Positions 37,869 to 50,327 of a stretch of DNA of 63,969 nt are shown one piece after another. A program made the translations under genes and the position numbers. The stretch lies in contig CM059432.1 of the NCBI GenBank assembly GCA_030390025.1, positions 17,300,032-17,364,000 of the forward strand. Direction: 5' to 3'. The notes under the pieces are model-generated. The model made no database searches. It saw only the letters and a program-made list of their open reading frames with translations, and was not told the origin of the DNA. The DNA is from Squalus acanthias (taxonomy: Eukaryota). How positions within the stretch are numbered: position 1 is the stretch's first letter; each line of letters begins with the position of its first letter.

Positions 37869-38469
37869 ACAAGCCTTTAATTGGCATTCTCATCAGTCAG
37901 CATGAAAATAATGCCAACTCATTAATGCAAGTAAGTTATTTCTTGCAGGACGGAAAACTTGGATCAGCACCAAAAATGGCAATTGACTATGCTGATGTTT
38001 TTCTCCTGGTTCTTCACATCTTTTAATGCCAACCTCCACTGACACTGGCAGTGGAATCATGCCGCCAGAACTCAAGGTATGAATCCATCTCCTGTCCTGT
38101 CCATATCCTGCCTTTTGTCTGATTTTATATTTGAAAAAAAGATCAAAACCCTAAATGTGAACCCTGAAGGATGAAAAATTGGTAACAGAGGTGAAGAGGC
38201 GGCTCTCGCACTCATCCTAGTAGCCAAATTCAGGAATCACCCCCTTTCTTGATTAGTGGCAGTAAATGCAGTTGAGATCCAAGTGTAGAAGGGGATAGAA
38301 TACTTTAAAGGCGTGACTATTATACTCAACCAAAGCAAAAAAACCTTTGTACCAAAACATTGAAATCTTTGTATATCACAAACTGGTAAGAGTTCATTTG
38401 TATTTACAACCAAAGTGTAAAATATTTTGGTAAGGTCCTTAATATTATCCAATGTATATGGTTTCTCAC

Positions 38470-39310
38470 AGATTCATAGATTCATAGAAAATTACAGCAC
38501 AGAGGAGGCCATTCGGCCCGTCGTGCCTGTGCTGGCTCTTTGAAAGAGAAGTTGTGCTCAGTCCCACATCCCCGCTTTTTGTCCGTAACCCTGCATGTTG
38601 CTCATCCTCAAGTAAGTGCCCAACTTTGTTTTAAAACTATTCATGGAATCAGCTTCCACCATCTTTTCAGGTAGAGCATTCCAGATCCCGACAACACTCT
38701 GAGTAAAAAAATTTCTCCTCATCTTCCCTCTAGATCTTTTTCCAATGATTTTGAATCTATGACCTATAGTTATTGACCCACTCGCCAGAGGGAATATTGT
38801 TTCCCTATTTACTCTATCAAAGCCTCTCATCATCTTGAAAACCTCTATTAAGTCACCTCTTTACTCTACTCCTCGAGTGCCAGGCTGTTTTCCCGGCACC
38901 CCGCTCCCCGGGAGGGCTCTGGTGCGCACAGCACTAGGCCCCTCCCCTTTAACCAGGGAAGGAGGACTGCAATGACACGGCACTACATGCTGCCGTGCGT
39001 GGCGCAGTTGCACATAGCACTGCGAAATTCACTGGTAGCGCCCCAAGAAGGAGGGGGAGCGCTTTCCAGTAGTGCCCCGGTGACGTAGTGCCCCAAATTG
39101 TTCCCCCCATATATACAACATCTACTGCACCACCTTGATCAACCTTCTCTGTTACCTTGTCAAAGAATTCAATCAAGTTCATCAGACGATTTACCTTTAA
39201 CAAATCCATGCTGGCTCTCCATGATTAACCCATCCCTTTCCAAATGAAAGTTTATTTTGTCCCTGATAATGGTTTCCAATAACTTCCCCACCACTGACTG
39301 GCCTGTAGTT
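38470..39310 (-). mobile_element. CR1 fragments interrupted by a MITE piece (~38875-39110)
   Basis: ORF 38558-38833; SQHGFVKGKS fragment; the MITE piece matches the 43490-43827 region. Confidence 0.8.
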
Positions 39311-40413
39311 TCATAAGAACATAAGAAATAGGAGCAGGAGTAGACCATTCGGCCCCTCGAGCCTGCCCCGCCATTCAATAAGATCATGGCTGATCTGATC
39401 TTGGCCTCAACTCCACTTTCCCGCCTGTTCCCCATAACCCTTGACTCCCCTATAGCTCAAATATTTGTCTATCTCTGCCTTGAATATATTCACTGACTCA
39501 GCCTCCACAGCTCTCTGGGGTAGAGAATTCCAAAGATTCACGACCCTCTGAAAGAAGAAATTCCTCCTCATCTCTGTCTTAAATGGGTGACCCCTTATTC
39601 TGAAACTATGCCCCCAAGTTCTAGATTCCCCCACGAGGGGAAACATCCTCTCAGCATCTACCCTGTCAAGCCCCCTCAGAATCTTATATGTTTCAATAAG
39701 ATCCCCTCTCATTCTTCTAAACTCCAATGAGTATAGGCCCAACCTGCTCAACCTTTCCTCAAAAGACAACCCTTTCATCTCAGGAATCAACCTAGTGAAC
39801 CTTCTTTGAACTGCCTCCAATGCAAGTATATCCCTCCTTAAATAAGGAGACCAAAACTGTACGCAGTACTCCAAGTGTGGTCTCTCCAACAGTTGTAGCA
39901 AGACTTTTATACTCCATCCCCACTTGCAATAAAGGCCAACATTCCATTTGCCTTCCTAATTACTTGTTGTACCTGCATGCAAACTTTTTGTGTTTCATGT
40001 ACGAGGACACCCAGATCCTTCTGTACCGCAGCATTCTGTAGTCTCTCTCCATTTAAATAATATTTTGCTTTTCTATTCTTCCTACCAAAGTGGATAACCT
40101 CACATTTTCCCACATTATACTCCATCTGTCAAATTTTTGCCCACTCACTTAATCCCTTTGCAAACTATTTGTACTCCTCACAACTTGCTTTCCCATCTAT
40201 CTTTGTATCGTCAGCAAATTTGGCTACAGTACACTTGATCCCTTCATCCAATTCATTAATATAGATTGTAAATAGTTGAGGCCCCAGCACTGATCCCTGT
40301 GGCACCCCACTAGTTACAGTTTGTCAACCTGAAAATTACCCATTTATCCCAACTCTCTGTTTTCTGTTAGTTAGCCAATCCTCTATCCATGCTAATATAT
40401 TACCCCCAACACA
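39311..40413 (-). mobile_element. CR1 LINE 3' fragment
   Basis: ORFs 39407-39901 and 39907-40125; cataagaacataag tail. Confidence 0.92.
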
Positions 40414-40415
40414 TT

Positions 40416-40790
40416 GGGGGGAAAATTCAGTTGGTTGCGCCTCCCGTTAGCGCCTTAAGAGGACGCTAATGGGGCGCAAAGCAACTAGCACCCGGGCGCG
40501 GCGATGTTTGCGCCGCTCGCGAAATTAACTAGACATTTTGCGGCGGCACTAAACACTACTGCCACGATCTCCTGCACCGGCAGATCGTGACGTCAGTCGA
40601 GTGCGCAACGCCCCGGTAGCGCCCTGGAGCGGATATTGAGTGGCGTCCCCTGTCTTACCGCCTGCCGCTAGCAACGACAGGTTGAGGGGAGAGTTTTGGA
40701 GTCAGGAAGGGACTGGGGGAGCGCTATTTAAAGGCGACCGCTTCCTGCCTTTTTTTGTTGGTGACATTTTTGAACCACGCATTCTGAGAG
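40416..40790. mobile_element. Harbinger terminus/MITE fragment
   Basis: ggggggaaaattcagttggttgcgcctcccgttagcgcc matches the Harbinger end at ~35800. Confidence 0.7.
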
Positions 40791-41024
40791 AGAGAGAGAC
40801 TTCTGGAGAGATTCAACGCTGTGTGAAGGAGTTTTGGGTACTGAGCAGCACTTTGCAGTTTCATTTTGATTTGCCCTTCCTTGTATCGATTTAGAAGAGA
40901 TTGTGGGGGCTGCACTCTGAGCTCTTTCCCTGGTTCTCTCCATTGTTCTTTCCAGCAGATTTGATGTACAGGTCTCTCCAGGCCGAGATTCAAGGCTGCA
41001 ATGAGCAGGATGTGGATGGAAATG

Positions 41025-42340
41025 TAATGGCTATCAGATCATACCAATTTATTTCTATTTGTGCCATCAATTCATCTATCTTGTTACGAATGCTGCGTGC
41101 ATCCAGATACAGAGCCTTTAATTCTGTCTTTTTACCATTTTTCCCTACTCTGACCCTATTTGATGGTGCACTCTTATGTTTGTATGCTCTGTCCCTTCCT
41201 GTCACACTCTGGTTATCGCTACCCTGCACTATTGCCTTGTCCTTTCTCTTCAACTTTCTAAATTTCACCTCACCTGAACCTTCCCCCCACTATTTCGTTT
41301 AAGAACATAAGAACATAAGAAATAGGAGCAGGAGTAGGCCAATCGGCCCTTCGAGCCTGCTCCGCCATTCAATAAGATCATGGCTGATCTGATCCTCACC
41401 TCAAATCTAAAGAACACAAGAAGTAGGAGCAGGACCTGGCCACTCAGCTCTATCTACAGTCCTAGTTATTCGATTCGCCAGGACACTGGTCCCAGCATGG
41501 TTCAAGTGAAGCCCGTCCCAACGGAACAGCTCCCTCTTTTCCCAGTACGGTTGCCAGTGCCCCATGAATCGAAACCCATTTCTCCCACACCAATCTTTGA
41601 GCTACGCATTCAACTCTCTGATCTTATTGACCCTATGCCAATTCGCTCGTGGCTCAGGTTGTAATCCAGAGATTATTACCTTTGTGGTTCTGTTTTTTAA
41701 ATTTAGCCTCTAGCTGCTCATACTCCCTCAGCAGAACCTCTTTATTAGTCTTACCTATGTCGTTCATACCTACGTGGTCCACGACAACTGGATCCTCCCC
41801 TTCCCACTCCAAGTTACTCTCCAACCCCGAGGAGATGTCCTTAACCCTGGCACCGGGTAGGCAACACAGCCTTCGGGACTCACGCTCTCGGCTGCAGAGA
41901 ACAGTATCTATCCCCTAACTATACTGTCCCCTACCACTACTACATTCCTTTTTGCTTCCCCAACTTGAATGGTCCCCTGTACCATGGTGCTGTGGTCAGC
42001 TTGCTCATCCTCCCTGCAGTCCCTGCTCTCATCCACAGAGGCTGCAAGAACATCGTACCTGTTGGACAAGTGCAAGGGCTGAGGCTCCTCCAATGCTACC
42101 TTCTGGATCCCCATACCTGCCTCACTCGTAGTCACACCCTCCTGTCCCTGACCACGGCCCAAATTTGAAGTATTTAACCTAAGGGGTGTGACTGCCTCCT
42201 GGAACAAAGTGCCCAGGTAACCCTCCCCCTCCCTGATGCATCGCAGTGTCTGAAGCTCGGACTCCAGCTCATCAACTCTGAGCCGAAGTTCCTCGAGCTG
42301 CAAACACTTACTGCAGATGTGGTTGCTGTGGATCAGACCC
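41025..42340 (-). mobile_element. CR1 (family C) 5' region: ORF1 zinc finger/leucine zipper + esterase and start of ORF2, with a short CR1 tail inserted at the ORF junction (~41301-41447)
   Basis: CSKCLQLEELRLRVDELESEL; VVVVGDSIVRG; GLHLNHAG; LYLDARSIRNK. Confidence 0.88.
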
Positions 42341-43118
42341 AATTTTTCCCCCTTATGGTTCAATTCAATGTTGCCTGCTAATCTTTTCTCGTAACCTCTC
42401 TTTGCCTCCTGTACTAACTTTTTCAATTCCCTCCTGTACGTTCCATAATCTTCCTGGTTATTAACTGAATCTTGCTCCTGGCATTTGTCATAAGCTTCCT
42501 TTTTCTGTTTTATTTTAACTTTTAATTCTTCCTCTTAAGATATTTATTCTCAAGATATTTATTTATCGGATTCAAATGTGACCGTGTTTTTGCCTCTAGA
42601 ACTTGGGTTTGAATCGGAGCTAAGCGATGAGATTAAACAATTTCTTCTCTCTAATGGTTGTTATAGGTCCTAAGCACGATAATTTTAGTAAACTGCAGTT
42701 ATTTCCCAGTGCACAAAAGTTTATTCATATATTACACAAAGCTGCCTTCCTATTCAGCACAACTGATACTAACTGGGTAGTTAAATTGAGAAAAACCACA
42801 GTATAGGAAGTAAAACTAGTGCATTGATGCAGCATAGGATATTTATCTATGGTTGATATAAATCTTTATTGCACTGTGTCCATATCATATTTGATCTAAA
42901 AGTACTCATTCTTGCCCTTGGGTGCAAAATGGGAAAATTGTCCAATTTATAGCTCGGTCATCTCTGTTTGATGAGTATAAATAGATGTAATCACAAGGCT
43001 GTGAAAAATCAATGGATTTCTGTTTTTGTCACATAGGAACATCATTACTGTCCACCGATGTTGTCATAGTCACCTACAGGCCCTCACTCACATTTCTAAA
43101 TAAGCTGTATGACATCAA

Positions 43119-43827
43119 GGGGGAAAAATTGGGTTGCTTTGCGCCTCCCGTTAGCACCCGAGGGGGGCGCTAACGGGGCGCAAAGCACCTACAGTCCGGG
43201 TGCGGCACCGCTAACGCCTCCCACGAAATTCAGCGAGAGGTTAGTGGCGGCGGTAGTCGGTAGCGCCCCGCGGCGCTGCGCCTCTGCCGATGATGTCATC
43301 GCCGTGCGCAGCGCCCCGCTCGCGCCCCGGCTGCAAACTTCGCTCGCGCCCCCTGACCTACCGCCGGACGCTATGTCCAACAGGGTCAGGGTGCTGGGCT
43401 GCCTTTTTTTTTGGGCCGCCTGCCAGCACCTGCCCCCTCTCGCCTCCTCCTGCGGGATGCCGGCCGCGATCGGTCAGCCCGGCACTCCTCTTGAGTGCCA
43501 GGCTCTTTTGCTGGCACCCCGCTCCCCGGTGGTCCAGCAGGGCCTCGGTGCGTGCTGCGCTAAGCCCCTCCCTTTTAATCAGTGGAGGGAGGCCTGAAAT
43601 ACCGCGGCGCTACATGCCAACGCGCGCGCCTCTGTTACATGTAGTGCCACGATATTGAATGGTAGCGCCCCAAGAGGGAGGGGGAGCGCTTCAGGTTGCG
43701 CCCCACCTCCTGCTTGGGGCGCTACCATTCAATTTCCGGCGCGGGGGCGCTAACTTTTTCGGGGCGCTAAAAGTAGCACCCCGGCAAAGTTGGCGCCCCA
43801 AAGGGGGCACGACCCAATTTTACCCCC
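43119..43827. mobile_element. Complete GC-rich Harbinger-derived MITE
   Basis: TIRs GGGGGAAAAATTGGGT / ACCCAATTTTACCCCC; many subterminal GCGCCCC/GGGGCGC motifs. Confidence 0.82.
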
Positions 43828-45869
43828 CGAGGCAAAGGACTAACTGAACACTTCAAATCCTGGATCAGAACTTTTTTTTTCAGTTTTTAGTCAGTTATAA
43901 CTCTAGGAGCTATCTAACAATTCATTAATCCAACAATCATTTCTTCCTAGTTAGTACCCTGTTAGTTATTAATCTTTGGTACACCATCTGAATTTTCCAA
44001 CATAGATTATGTTATGGGGCAATTCAGTGGCCTTAGCTGTATCTCAGCAACCAGCAGAGCTGGACTTGTGAAAATAAAGTCAACGTGATTCCCAGCAACT
44101 GAATAACGATTGAAGTCAAAGTAACGCTTAGCTTCTTCATTAATGCGTTTGCGCTGTCTTTTCCAAGATGTCATGTGCGAATAAAAGTTCAAAACAGCCA
44201 TAGATGAGCTTGATGTTCATACTAACATGTCAAGCCTGGCTGCTCTGTAAAAGCACTCCTGACTGCTTCTTTGGTTTTGATGATGTGGAGTAGTTTTCCA
44301 TTCTCTACCAGTCTATTAGTAAGTGTGGCACTTTCTGCACCAGATCCAAAGGTGTTAGAAGGAAGTTTATCATCTTGTTTTTCTCTTACGTCTTCTCAAT
44401 AATCTTCTGTTTCAATAGTATTGTTGCCTCTTCCTGGCCTATCTGAATTCTCGCTATCAGCCCATGAACTTGTGAGTGATAAGAGAAGAAAGGGTAGTCA
44501 TGTCAAGCCAGAAGAGCAGCACTCAAAACAAAATTGCCTAGATTTTGAGTAGCGCAAGATGGGCAAGTCATTAACCCAAAGATGTTGTTCAGCTACACCG
44601 CACCCATGTTGTGTTGAAAACTTTCACTAGATTGCTGGTTCAGGGTCTTCCTTTCCTTTGGATATTTTTTGGTCATTAAGCAGAGAAATCATTGAGCAGA
44701 TGAAAAAAGAATATGTTTGTAGAAGTTATTTCGGACTCTAGACGCTAAGAGCCCCTACTTGGTATGCAAAAAGTTAAACTGTTAGAATATTAGGAACGTG
44801 GGGATGGACATGGTTGATGATTGATGTACAGATAATTCTATGTAAGCACATGAGATGACAGCCTTACCCCATTAAATTACATAATTGACTCCAAGTTCAT
44901 GACTGTTGTTTTCAATGTAAATAGAAATATCATTTGAATGTGGTGGAAATAAAAATATTAAACAGGACCTATGGTCTGTAGTTCCTGGAATGTCCTTGCA
45001 ATATATTGGTGCAGTACAGGATGCCAGCACATTCAAACCTGCAAGAGTCCATATCCAAAACGTTTTACTGGGAAACAAATGTCATTCAAACACTGGCACA
45101 CTAGCAAGGCAACAGCTATTGCCCATCCCTAATTGCCCTGAGGGCATTAAAGAGATGAAATTGTTCTTGGGCAGTCGCACAAAACCGGCGCGAGTGAATC
45201 GGAAGTCAGTTTAACGCCGTGCCCGATTGACTTCAGTGGAAAAGAAAATCGGGTGGGCTGTATTGTAAAATAGGCGGCCTGTTCACCATCGCCCAGTTTG
45301 CGTTACTGCCCGCAGCCAATTTCAACCCCTAAGAGTCAAGCATGTAGACGGATAAAAGGAAAATTTTCGATATGTTGAGCAAGGCTAAAGGAAGACAAAA
45401 CAGCAGGAATATATCCTAGGGATTCTGAGGGAGATGGGGAAAGTGATGATCCAATTGGCCAGTTGAAAACCCAAATGTCAATTTTTTTTCCCTTTCTTTT
45501 TAGATTAGACATCCATCAATTGTGAAGTATAACAGTGCTCGAAATTAACAAAGTGAATTTTAATGTAAAAGTTCAAAGTTTTCCAGGATACTATTCCCTT
45601 ACATACCCCACCATAACCCCCTCCCCTCCCCAGAAAGGTGCCAACAATTTTATGCCTTGAACATTTGAAGGCTTTCATGTACTCAAGTTTTTTCCCTCTA
45701 ATGAAAGTGAAGGAATGCTGCACGTACAAACAATTTAAGTCACAAATCCGTATAGCTATTTGTCTCTGCATGTCAAGGCCATTCTTGAGTTGTCAGCAGT
45801 TCTGGGATCTGTGTCAGTTTTCTTTTGGATCTTTTTGTCAGCGTTCGCTAGGTTTCTAGGTTAGCATGT

Positions 45870-46410
45870 CCTCGATTGTAACTCCCCCCCTGTCCGGCAG
45901 AAACCAGACGGGGTACGGGGGGAGGGGGAAGTTAAAATGGAGTGTAGACTTACCCACTCCTTTCCCGTCCTGATCTAACCGACTGCAAATTTAAATTGCA
46001 GGTCGGCAAGACACCCACCTGAAGCTGGTGAGATCCTCTGTAAATATTGGGCTCTAATGAAGACATCGGGGCTCGATCTGCGATTTTAACTTGAGGCCTC
46101 AGCGGGGGAGCAGTGGTTGCTTCCTCGCCAGGCCAAACCCATTGGCAACAGGAGCCAGGGCCAGGAGAGGACCAGTAAGGTAAGTTATTTTTTTTTTAGT
46201 CTCCTTGTGGACTAGGAGGACCAGGAGTGCTCCAGGCCCCACAAGGAAACCTTGGGCCTTCCCTGCTCCAGGATACGCCCCTTCATCCTGACAGCGTTCC
46301 CCTCTCCCCCCAGCTCCTATCTACTTACCTTAGTGCCAGGGACCGTTCCCCCTGGTCCCGGCAGCTGCCTCCAACCGGCACGATTTTAACGGCTGGGCAG
46401 TTTTGGTTGG
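45870..46410. mobile_element. MITE-like element related to 19165-19471 / 20904-21000
   Basis: Shared ccttgtgg..ctaggagga....ggagtgctcc....cccacaaggaaa segment. Confidence 0.5.
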
Positions 46411-46827
46411 GGAAAGATAAAAAAGTAGAAAGACTTGCATTTATATCGTGCCTTTCACGACCTCAGGATGTCCCATAGCACTTTGCTGGCAATGAAGTAC
46501 TCGTTGAAGTGTAGTCACTGTTGTAATGTAGAACATACACAGAACATAAGAACATAAGACGCAGGAGCAGGAGTAGGTCATTTGGCCCCTCGAGCCTGCT
46601 CCGCCATTCAATAAGATCATGGCTGATCTGATCTTGGCCTCAACTCCACTTCCCTGCCCGCTCCCCATAACGCCTTGACTCCCTTACCTTTCCAAAAATC
46701 TGTCTAGCTCCACCTTAAATATATTCAATGACCCAGCCTCCACAGCTCTCTGGGGAAGAGAATTCCAAAGATTCACGACCCTCTGAGAGAAGAAATTCCT
46801 CCGCATTTCCGATTTAAAAGGGTGGCC

Positions 46828-47060
46828 TGTGGCGGATCGCCACCTAAATGGGCGCAATCCACTTTTCCGTCCGTGGACAATAAATCGGGCACCTTGCCTT
46901 TAAGGCGCATGCTGCCTTTAAGGCAGGAAAAAAGGAGTGGGCGTGGCCTCTGGGTTTTTGCAGAGAAATGTTAGCAGCCATTTTACCAGAGATGTGATTA
47001 AAAGCTATGTGTTCCACATATTGACTCGGCCTCAATTCGTGGTTCGCGGCAGCCACAACA
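46828..47060 (+). repeat. 5' LTR
   Basis: Direct repeat of 49561-49793, 5 mismatches by manual comparison. Confidence 0.95.
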
Positions 47061-47061
47061 T

Positions 47062-47074
47062 TGGTGACCCCGTC
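47062..47074 (+). other. Primer-binding site complementary to the tRNA-Trp 3' end
   Basis: TGGTGACCCCG immediately after the 5' LTR. Confidence 0.85.
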
Positions 47075-47100
47075 GCTCAGAACGTATTCCGAGCACTGCA

Positions 47101-49540
47101 ATGGCGGACACGAACGCAGTTTCCGTGTAACTGCCGGAGTTTTGGGAAAACCAGCCCGAAGCCTGGTTTCTCCAAGCTGAGTCCCGATTCCGGCTGCAAC
47201 GCATCACCACAGATGGGACGAAGTACGACTACCTCGTCACATCACTCGGTAGCTCCACAGTTACGAAGGTCTGGACAGCGCTGCAGAACCCACCAGAGGG
47301 GAACAAGTATGCACATCTTAAGGCCGCGCTCTTTAAAAAATTTATGGCCTCGACATACCAGCGAAACTGCCACCTCCTCGACTTTCCAGGCCTCACCGTC
47401 AGACCTCCTCTCCCACATGCTCTCCCTCACCGACGAGAGCCCACCCGGATGCCTCTTCCGCACGCTGTTCATCCGCCAGCTACCTCTCAGCATCCGCCCA
47501 GCGATCGTGGCGTCCGGCCTCATGGACCTGGAAGCCCTGGCCGATGAGGCCGACAAGCTGCTGTCCGCTCACTCCAGCCGCGACGTCACTCCGGACCTGG
47601 CAGCCACTGCCTGGGCGCGCCCCTCACCGGCCACCACGCGGCCACAAGGCCCAGCCACCGGGCTCACGGGGCCTTCGCGCCCCACTAACCCGGGCCACTG
47701 TTACTACCACGCACGGTTCGGCGCCAGGGCACAACGGTGCACACCTCCCTGCACTTTCAAGTCTGCCCCCGTACCAGACCCCGCGATGGCCGTGGACCAC
47801 GCGGGCTCCCTGCTGTACGTCACGGATGACAAAACCGGCCGCCGGTTCCTGTGCGACACTGGAGCTCAGCACAGCATCATCCTGGCCTCCTCCCTCGACA
47901 TCCAAAAGGGCAAACGAGGACCGGCGCTGGCTGCTGCTAACGGCTCGGACATATGGATGTACGGCACCCGCACAGTCACCCTCGACCTCGCTGGTCGCCG
48001 CTACCGATGGGAGTTCATCACTGCCAAGGTGCTCTCCCCTCTCATCGGCGTGGATTTTCTGTGCGCCCACGGCCTACTGGTAGACATCCCTCGACACCGC
48101 CTCATGGACATGAACACCATGTCCCCCATCCTGGGCGCCATGGCCCCCCATCAACCCGCCGACATGGCGTCACAGTGCCACGCCCGGGCCACGGATGACT
48201 ACTCGGCACTCCTGGCCGAATTCCCGGCCCTTACCATTCCGACCTTCTCCGCGGAGGCCGCCAAACACGGGGTGGAACACTTCATCCCCACCACAGGCCC
48301 CCCAGTGTACGCCCACGCCCGCAGGCTGGACCCGGCCAAACTGGAGATCGCGCGAACCGAGTTTGCCACCATGGAACAGCTTGGCATCATCCGCCGCTCC
48401 AACAGTCCCTGGGCCTCCCCACTCCACATCGCCCCCAAACCAGGCGGAGGTTGGTGCCCCTGCGGGGATTACCGCCGCCTCAACGACGCCACCACCCCTC
48501 ATCGGTACCCCGTGCCGCACATCCAGGACTTCTCGGCTAGACTGGCCGGCTGCTCAGTCTTTTCCAAGGTCGACCTGGTGCGCGGCTACCACCAAGTCCC
48601 CGTCCACCCCGCGGACGTCCCCAAGACGGCCGTAATCACCCCCTTCGGCCTTTTCGAGTTCCTGCGGATACCCTTCGGCCTCAAAAACGCGGCCCAGGCA
48701 TTCCAACGACTCATGGACTCGGTCCTTCGGGACCTGAAGTTCCTGTTCGTCTACCTGGATGACATCCTGGTAGCCAGTTCCTCCAAGCAGGAACACCTCG
48801 AACACCTTCGCATCCTGTTCGGGCGCCTCAGCGACCACGGGCTCATCCTCAGCACAGCCAAATGCCAGTTCGGCCTGGACAAGATCGACTTCCTCGACCA
48901 CAATCACGTGGACATTGTCAGGCTCCTGCCGCCGTCGCAAGGCCACACGCACTTGCTGACGATCGTTGACCGCACCACGCGCTGGCCCGAGGCAATTCCA
49001 CTGACCTCTACCACCACCGCCGACATCGCCAGAGCCTTCGTCAGCACCTGGGTCTCATGGTTCGGCATCCCCTCTGACATGACGTCGGACAGAGGTCCGC
49101 AATTTACCTCTGAACTCTGGACCGCCGTCGCACGCAATCTCGGGGTGACCATTCACCGCACCACAGCGTACCACCCCCAAGCCAACGGACTGTGTGAGCG
49201 GTGCCACAGATCCTTGAAGGCATCTCTTCAAGCCAGCCTCCAGGACGGCGCCTGGACCGACCGACTCCCGTGGGTCCTCCTCGGCCTGCGTACCGCGGTT
49301 AAAGAAGACCTCCACGCATCGGCAGCAGAGCTCGTGTACGGCCAGCCACTGCGCGTACCCGGCGAGTTCCTGCCCACCGCCACGACACCCTGGTCAGCCG
49401 ACCAGCAACGTGGCCGACCTGCCCTCAAGCCAGTTCACCCGGCTGCTCCACGCCCGGCTGTTCCACGTCCACCGGCGTCCTACAAGAGCCGCTCCGGCTG
49501 GCCCATCAGACCGCCGCACCATCTCGTCCACACCTCCTAA
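47101..49540 (+). pseudogene. gag-pol: Gag (early stop, frameshift), protease, RT, integrase core; RNase H and integrase zinc finger deleted
   Basis: LPEFWENQPEAWFLQAE; FLCDTGA; SPWASP, DYRRLN, PFGLKNA, YLDD; HVDIV...TIVDRTTRWPEA, SDRGPQF, HPQANGLCER. Confidence 0.92.
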
Positions 49541-49560
49541 GCAGATTCTGGGGGGAGCTG

Positions 49561-49793
49561 TGTGGCGGATTGCCACCTAAACGGGCGCAATCCACTTTTC
49601 CGTCTGTGGACAATAAATCGGGCACCTTGCCTTTAAGGCGCATGCTGCCTTTAAGGCAGGAAAAAAGGAGTGGGCGTGGCCTCTGGGTTTTTGCAGAGAA
49701 ATGTTAGCAGCCATTTTACCAGAGATGTGATTAAAAGCCATGTGTTCCACATATTGACTCGGCCTCAATTCGTGCTTCGCGGCAGCCACAACA
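49561..49793 (+). repeat. 3' LTR
   Basis: Preceded by the polypurine tract ggggggag; followed by TSD GGCC. Confidence 0.95.
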
Positions 49794-49921
49794 GGCCCCT
49801 TATTCTGAAATTATGCCCCCTAGTTCTAGATTCCCCCATGAGGGGAAACATCCTCTCTGCATCTACCCTGTCAAGCCCCTTCAGAATCTTATATGTTTCA
49901 ATAAGATCCCCTCTCATTCTT

Positions 49922-50327
49922 GAATGAGAGGGGATCTCATTGAAACTTATAAAATTCTAACAGGACTAGACAGACTAGATGCAGGAAGGCTGTTCCCGAT
50001 GGCGGGGGGAGTCCAGAACCAGGGGTCACAGTCTAAGGATAAGGGGTAAGCCATTTAGGACTGAGATGAGGAGGAATTTCTTCACCCAGAGGGTGGTGAA
50101 TCTGTGGAATTCTCTACCACAGAAGGCAGTTGAGGCCAATTCATTAAATATATTCAAGAAGGAGTTAGATATATTTCTTAAGGCTAAAGGGATCAAGGGA
50201 TATGGGGAGAAAGCAGGGACAGGGTACTGAATTTGGATGATCAGCCATGATCTCATTAAATGGCGGAAACAGGCTCGAGGGGCCGAATGGCCTACTCCTG
50301 CTCCTATCTTCTATGTTTCTATGTTTC
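49922..50327 (+). mobile_element. CR1 family A 3' end inserted antisense into another CR1
   Basis: Nearly identical to 4072-4470; tail ttctatgtttctatgtttcta. Confidence 0.93.

Larger units (their letters stand above)
46828..49793 (+). mobile_element. Ty3/Gypsy LTR retrotransposon, CsRn1 clade, internally deleted
   Basis: 233-bp LTRs TGT...ACA; TSD GGCC; PBS TGGTGACCCCG (tRNA-Trp); PPT before the 3' LTR; Gag CHCC motif CYYHARFGARAQRCTPPC. Confidence 0.92.

Noticed and set aside
37949..38076. Exon-like segment (ttcttgcag...aag|gtatga)
   Set aside because: Stops in all three frames; at most a non-coding exon, and unsupported.
46937..47100. N-terminal part of the 867-aa ORF
   Set aside because: It starts inside the LTR. 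The real Gag begins at ATG 47101 in another frame and joins this frame only after a frameshift near 47390.
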